DNA of 64,000 nucleotides from Monocercomonoides exilis PA203. Its lineage: Eukaryota; Protista; Preaxostyla. Positions 61,196-64,000 of this stretch are shown piece after piece. The position numbers and the translations under genes were made by a program. The stretch spans positions 682,001 through 746,000 of the forward strand of contig LSRY02000019.1 in the NCBI GenBank assembly GCA_001643675.2, given 5' to 3'. Under the pieces are notes generated by a model that worked only from the letters and a program-made list of their open reading frames with translations, was not told where the DNA came from and did not search any database. Positions within the stretch are counted from its first letter, which is position 1. Each line of letters begins with the position of its first letter.

Positions 61196-64000
61196 TGTGT
61201 ATGCTTTTAATACTAAAGCAGTTTTATAACATCAATCTTTTCTAATTTCGATATTTCTTTTTAACTCGATAAGCGAACAAATGTATTTCAAAAGCTGCAA
61301 ATACATCGGTTCCAATATTTACATCACTTGTAGAAGCAATTGAATTGTATTCTTTCGTTTTATATTGTTGAGCTATTAATGTTAAACAACTATTTTTCTT
61401 ATGCCATTTTTTTATAGTACAACACCTATATCGACAAAATATAATTGCGTTTCATTAATTATAGAATGGAACGAAGCTGCAGCAACCTATTTTTTTGTTC
61501 TCATTAAACTCTTAGGCTCAGTGCACACGTCTTTTTTTTCTTTGAATATTCTCCATGATCTTTTTGTTATAAATGTGTGTCGCCTTAATTTTTGTGAATG
61601 ATCTGTAAATGTCTATGTTTGATATATTTTGTATGCGTTTTAGGTTGAGGATGACGAGACTTTTTTCATTCGAGATCCGAAGAATGTTATTTGGCAGATC
61701 CGAATGTCAAGTCCCCATGATTTAAACGCTGTAGTCAGCAAGCTCCAAACAATTAAAAAATCTTCTGTGATAATAAAGGAAAGACCATCTTCTTTTGTTA
61801 CTTCATTTCCAAGACAGCTAAATACATTGTCTAATTATGATGGATTGAATAGCTCACAAGTTATTGGTCCTGACCAATTCATAAACACCGAGACAAGTGA
61901 AGCACATCGCTACTTAATTGATTCTTCTCCTTTTAATGTTTCTATTCCACTGGAGAACCAAGTTAATAGTCATTTCTTTCCAATAAAGAATTCCATACTG
62001 AACCCGCCTTTGAGCACAGCTTCTCCTTCTCCTCTTCCACCGCCACCTCCGTCTGCTTTTCTGAACGAGCATCAAAACAGCATTTCGAACAACCCCAACA
62101 TGAAGCCAGTTCTGCGCTTGCAGTCTTCATCTCCTTCGTTTTTGCAGAAAAACGAAATCAATTTTTTGGGAGGCATGTCAAATCAGCAGGACGTCTTCTT
62201 TCATTCAACGCCGCCTGCTCAGCACTCAAGCTTGCCCCCACCCGCACTCGTGCCTGCACTGCATTCTTCCTTCAAACACCTAAACGATCCGCTAAAGCCT
62301 GCTTTTTCATCCAGTCTGCAGCTTCCGCCGCCGCCAAAGCCAGCCAACAGGAGCAGCTCTTTCTCTTCTGCTTCTCAGTCGCCTTCTTTCTTCCCAGGCA
62401 GTGTACAGACACCCCGTGATGCATTCTCATTTGCCTCTTCTGTTTCGCCCACAGACTCCGTTTCTGCTTTTCCTGCGCTGAATCCCTCGCCTTCTGCGAC
62501 TTCTTCTTCTTTTGCCAATTCTTCTGCTGCTTCTGCTTCCTCTCTCTCTTTGCCTCCTCTCTCAGCACAGTTTCAGTCGAGTTATAGTTCACTTGGAGCT
62601 TCACCATCATCATCATCATCATCTTCTTCTTCTTCTTCTTCTTCTTCTTCTTCTTCTTCTTCTTCTTCTTCTTCTTCTTCTTCTTCTTCTTCTTCAGCGT
62701 CTTCATCAGCATCATTACCTCCTCCTTCTTCTTTTCCTTCTACCGCTTCTATCTCTACATCTTCCATATTATCTGCCTCTTCCTCTTCCTCTTCATTATC
62801 ATTATCTTCCTCCTCCTCCTCTTCTTCCTCCTCTTCTTCCTCCTCTTCTTCCTCCTCTTCCTCTTCCTCTTCCTCTTCCTCTTCTTCTTCTCCTGTCAAC
62901 ACATTCCCCGAAGAAGGCATCGCCCGCAACGACTCCGCGCCTCTCCTCCCTACCCCAGTCAACCTGCCTCCTCTGATGCCCTCTCAGCACTTGTCACTGG
63001 GGCCAGCCAAATACACCCGCGATGCCATTGATGCCCTGAACAAGCCTCTGATACTCCCTTACAGTGCTGAGGGACTCACAGACTCTCAGCTGCACGGAAG
63101 GTATCTGCCAGGCGCTGCCAAAGCCAGCCCGCAGGTGAAGATTTCGTTCACTCGCGATTTTTACGACTGCCGAGTGGCATTTGTGCCGCCGTTCATTTAC
63201 TCGCCCGTGAGGATATGTCTGATGGGATCAAGAAGTGCTTTGAATCAGAAGCAGCAGCATTTGAATGTGATGCAAAATGAAGGGGTTCGGTGTTTGGATA
63301 AAGAAAATGGCTGCTCAAATGAAGTGAAATCAAGTGCAGATGAGCAGAACACACTGGAAAGTGGCAACGAAAAGCTAACTGATGTTCCTAACGAATCCTC
63401 AAATACATATTCTACTGCATCATCTACTGCTGCAGACCCGCATGTTTCTGAAGAAGGGAAGAAGATGTCTTCTTCTTCCTCTTCCTCTCCTTCTCCTTCT
63501 CCTTCTTCTTCTGCTGCTGCTGCTGCTGCTATTAATGAGGAATCTGAAACAAGTGATACGCTCTCATTCACACTAGACGAAGTTTTGAAATGGCGTTCCG
63601 ACTGCCATCCTCTTCTTGTCTCCTCGCTTAGTTCAGTCGCCTTGTTCTGCACCACATTCACTGCCATCGACAAAGAGATGGCTGCTGCGAAGCAGGCGAA
63701 GCTGCTATCGCCATCGAGTTATTCAGCTTCTGTCGAGTTTGACAGCATGTTTCGAGGGAAAGATGCGCTGGCGTCGATTGTGAGGGATGTGGAGTATTTT
63801 GAAGGGAAAACAGAAGGGCTGCATATTCGGGTGAGGCCAAGGACGCTGCTGAAGTATATGGATGCTGTTGTGACGTTTCGGAGGTTTGAGCATTTGAAGA
63901 CAGAGAGGAAGAAGGGAGAGGGGAGCGATGAAGATGAAAAGGAGAATGAGAAAGAGAAGGGAAAGGGGAAAGGAAAAGGGAAGGAGAAGGAGAGTGGGAA
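61196..64000 (+). CDS. Hypothetical protein, partial (runs off the window end); Pro/Ser-rich
   Basis: Short 5' exons, then an open frame from 61644 ('VEDDETFFIRDPKNVIWQIRM...') to the end of the window with poly-Ser tracts. The start is uncertain. Confidence 0.6.
62605..62892 (+). repeat. (TCT)n/(TCC)n coding microsatellites (poly-Ser)
   Basis: Direct inspection; source of the antisense poly-Glu ORF 62582-62962. Confidence 0.85.

Noticed and set aside
1-64000. CRISPR arrays, rRNA, tRNA genes, prokaryotic operons
   Set aside because: No repeat-spacer arrays, rRNA-like or cloverleaf sequences were seen; the gene structure is spliceosomal.

Overview
Eukaryotic, AT-rich, compact genomic DNA with short GT-AG introns and the standard genetic code. 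The lineage-specific gene families, intron style and poly-Ser/poly-Glu tracts point to an oxymonad such as Monocercomonoides; this is an inference from family recognition, not a database result. The window holds about 19 protein-coding genes: a cyclin Y-like cyclin, a member of an expanded helical family, a HAD phosphatase, a pseudokinase-ARM giant, a TVP15/COPI-associated membrane protein, a RapGAP, a choline transporter-like protein, a SPRY-like protein, an intronless bacterial-type YjbQ, a histidine acid phosphatase, RAD23 and several large low-complexity proteins. Two gene-free zones are transposon graveyards. The first (1-3500) has a decayed Mutator-like transposase, a perfect 83-bp foldback, and a young 1169-bp element with 223-bp TIRs inside a surface-protein pseudogene. 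The second (35700-37900) has a degenerate TIR element and a decayed pogo-like DDE transposase. The most intriguing object is a ~253-nt fold-back unit at 37531-37783 that encloses CTAACCCTAA, a perfect TTAGGG telomerase-template-like sequence. It is either a telomerase RNA candidate or a MITE carrying telomeric motifs. Gene boundaries that depend on manual splicing are approximate.
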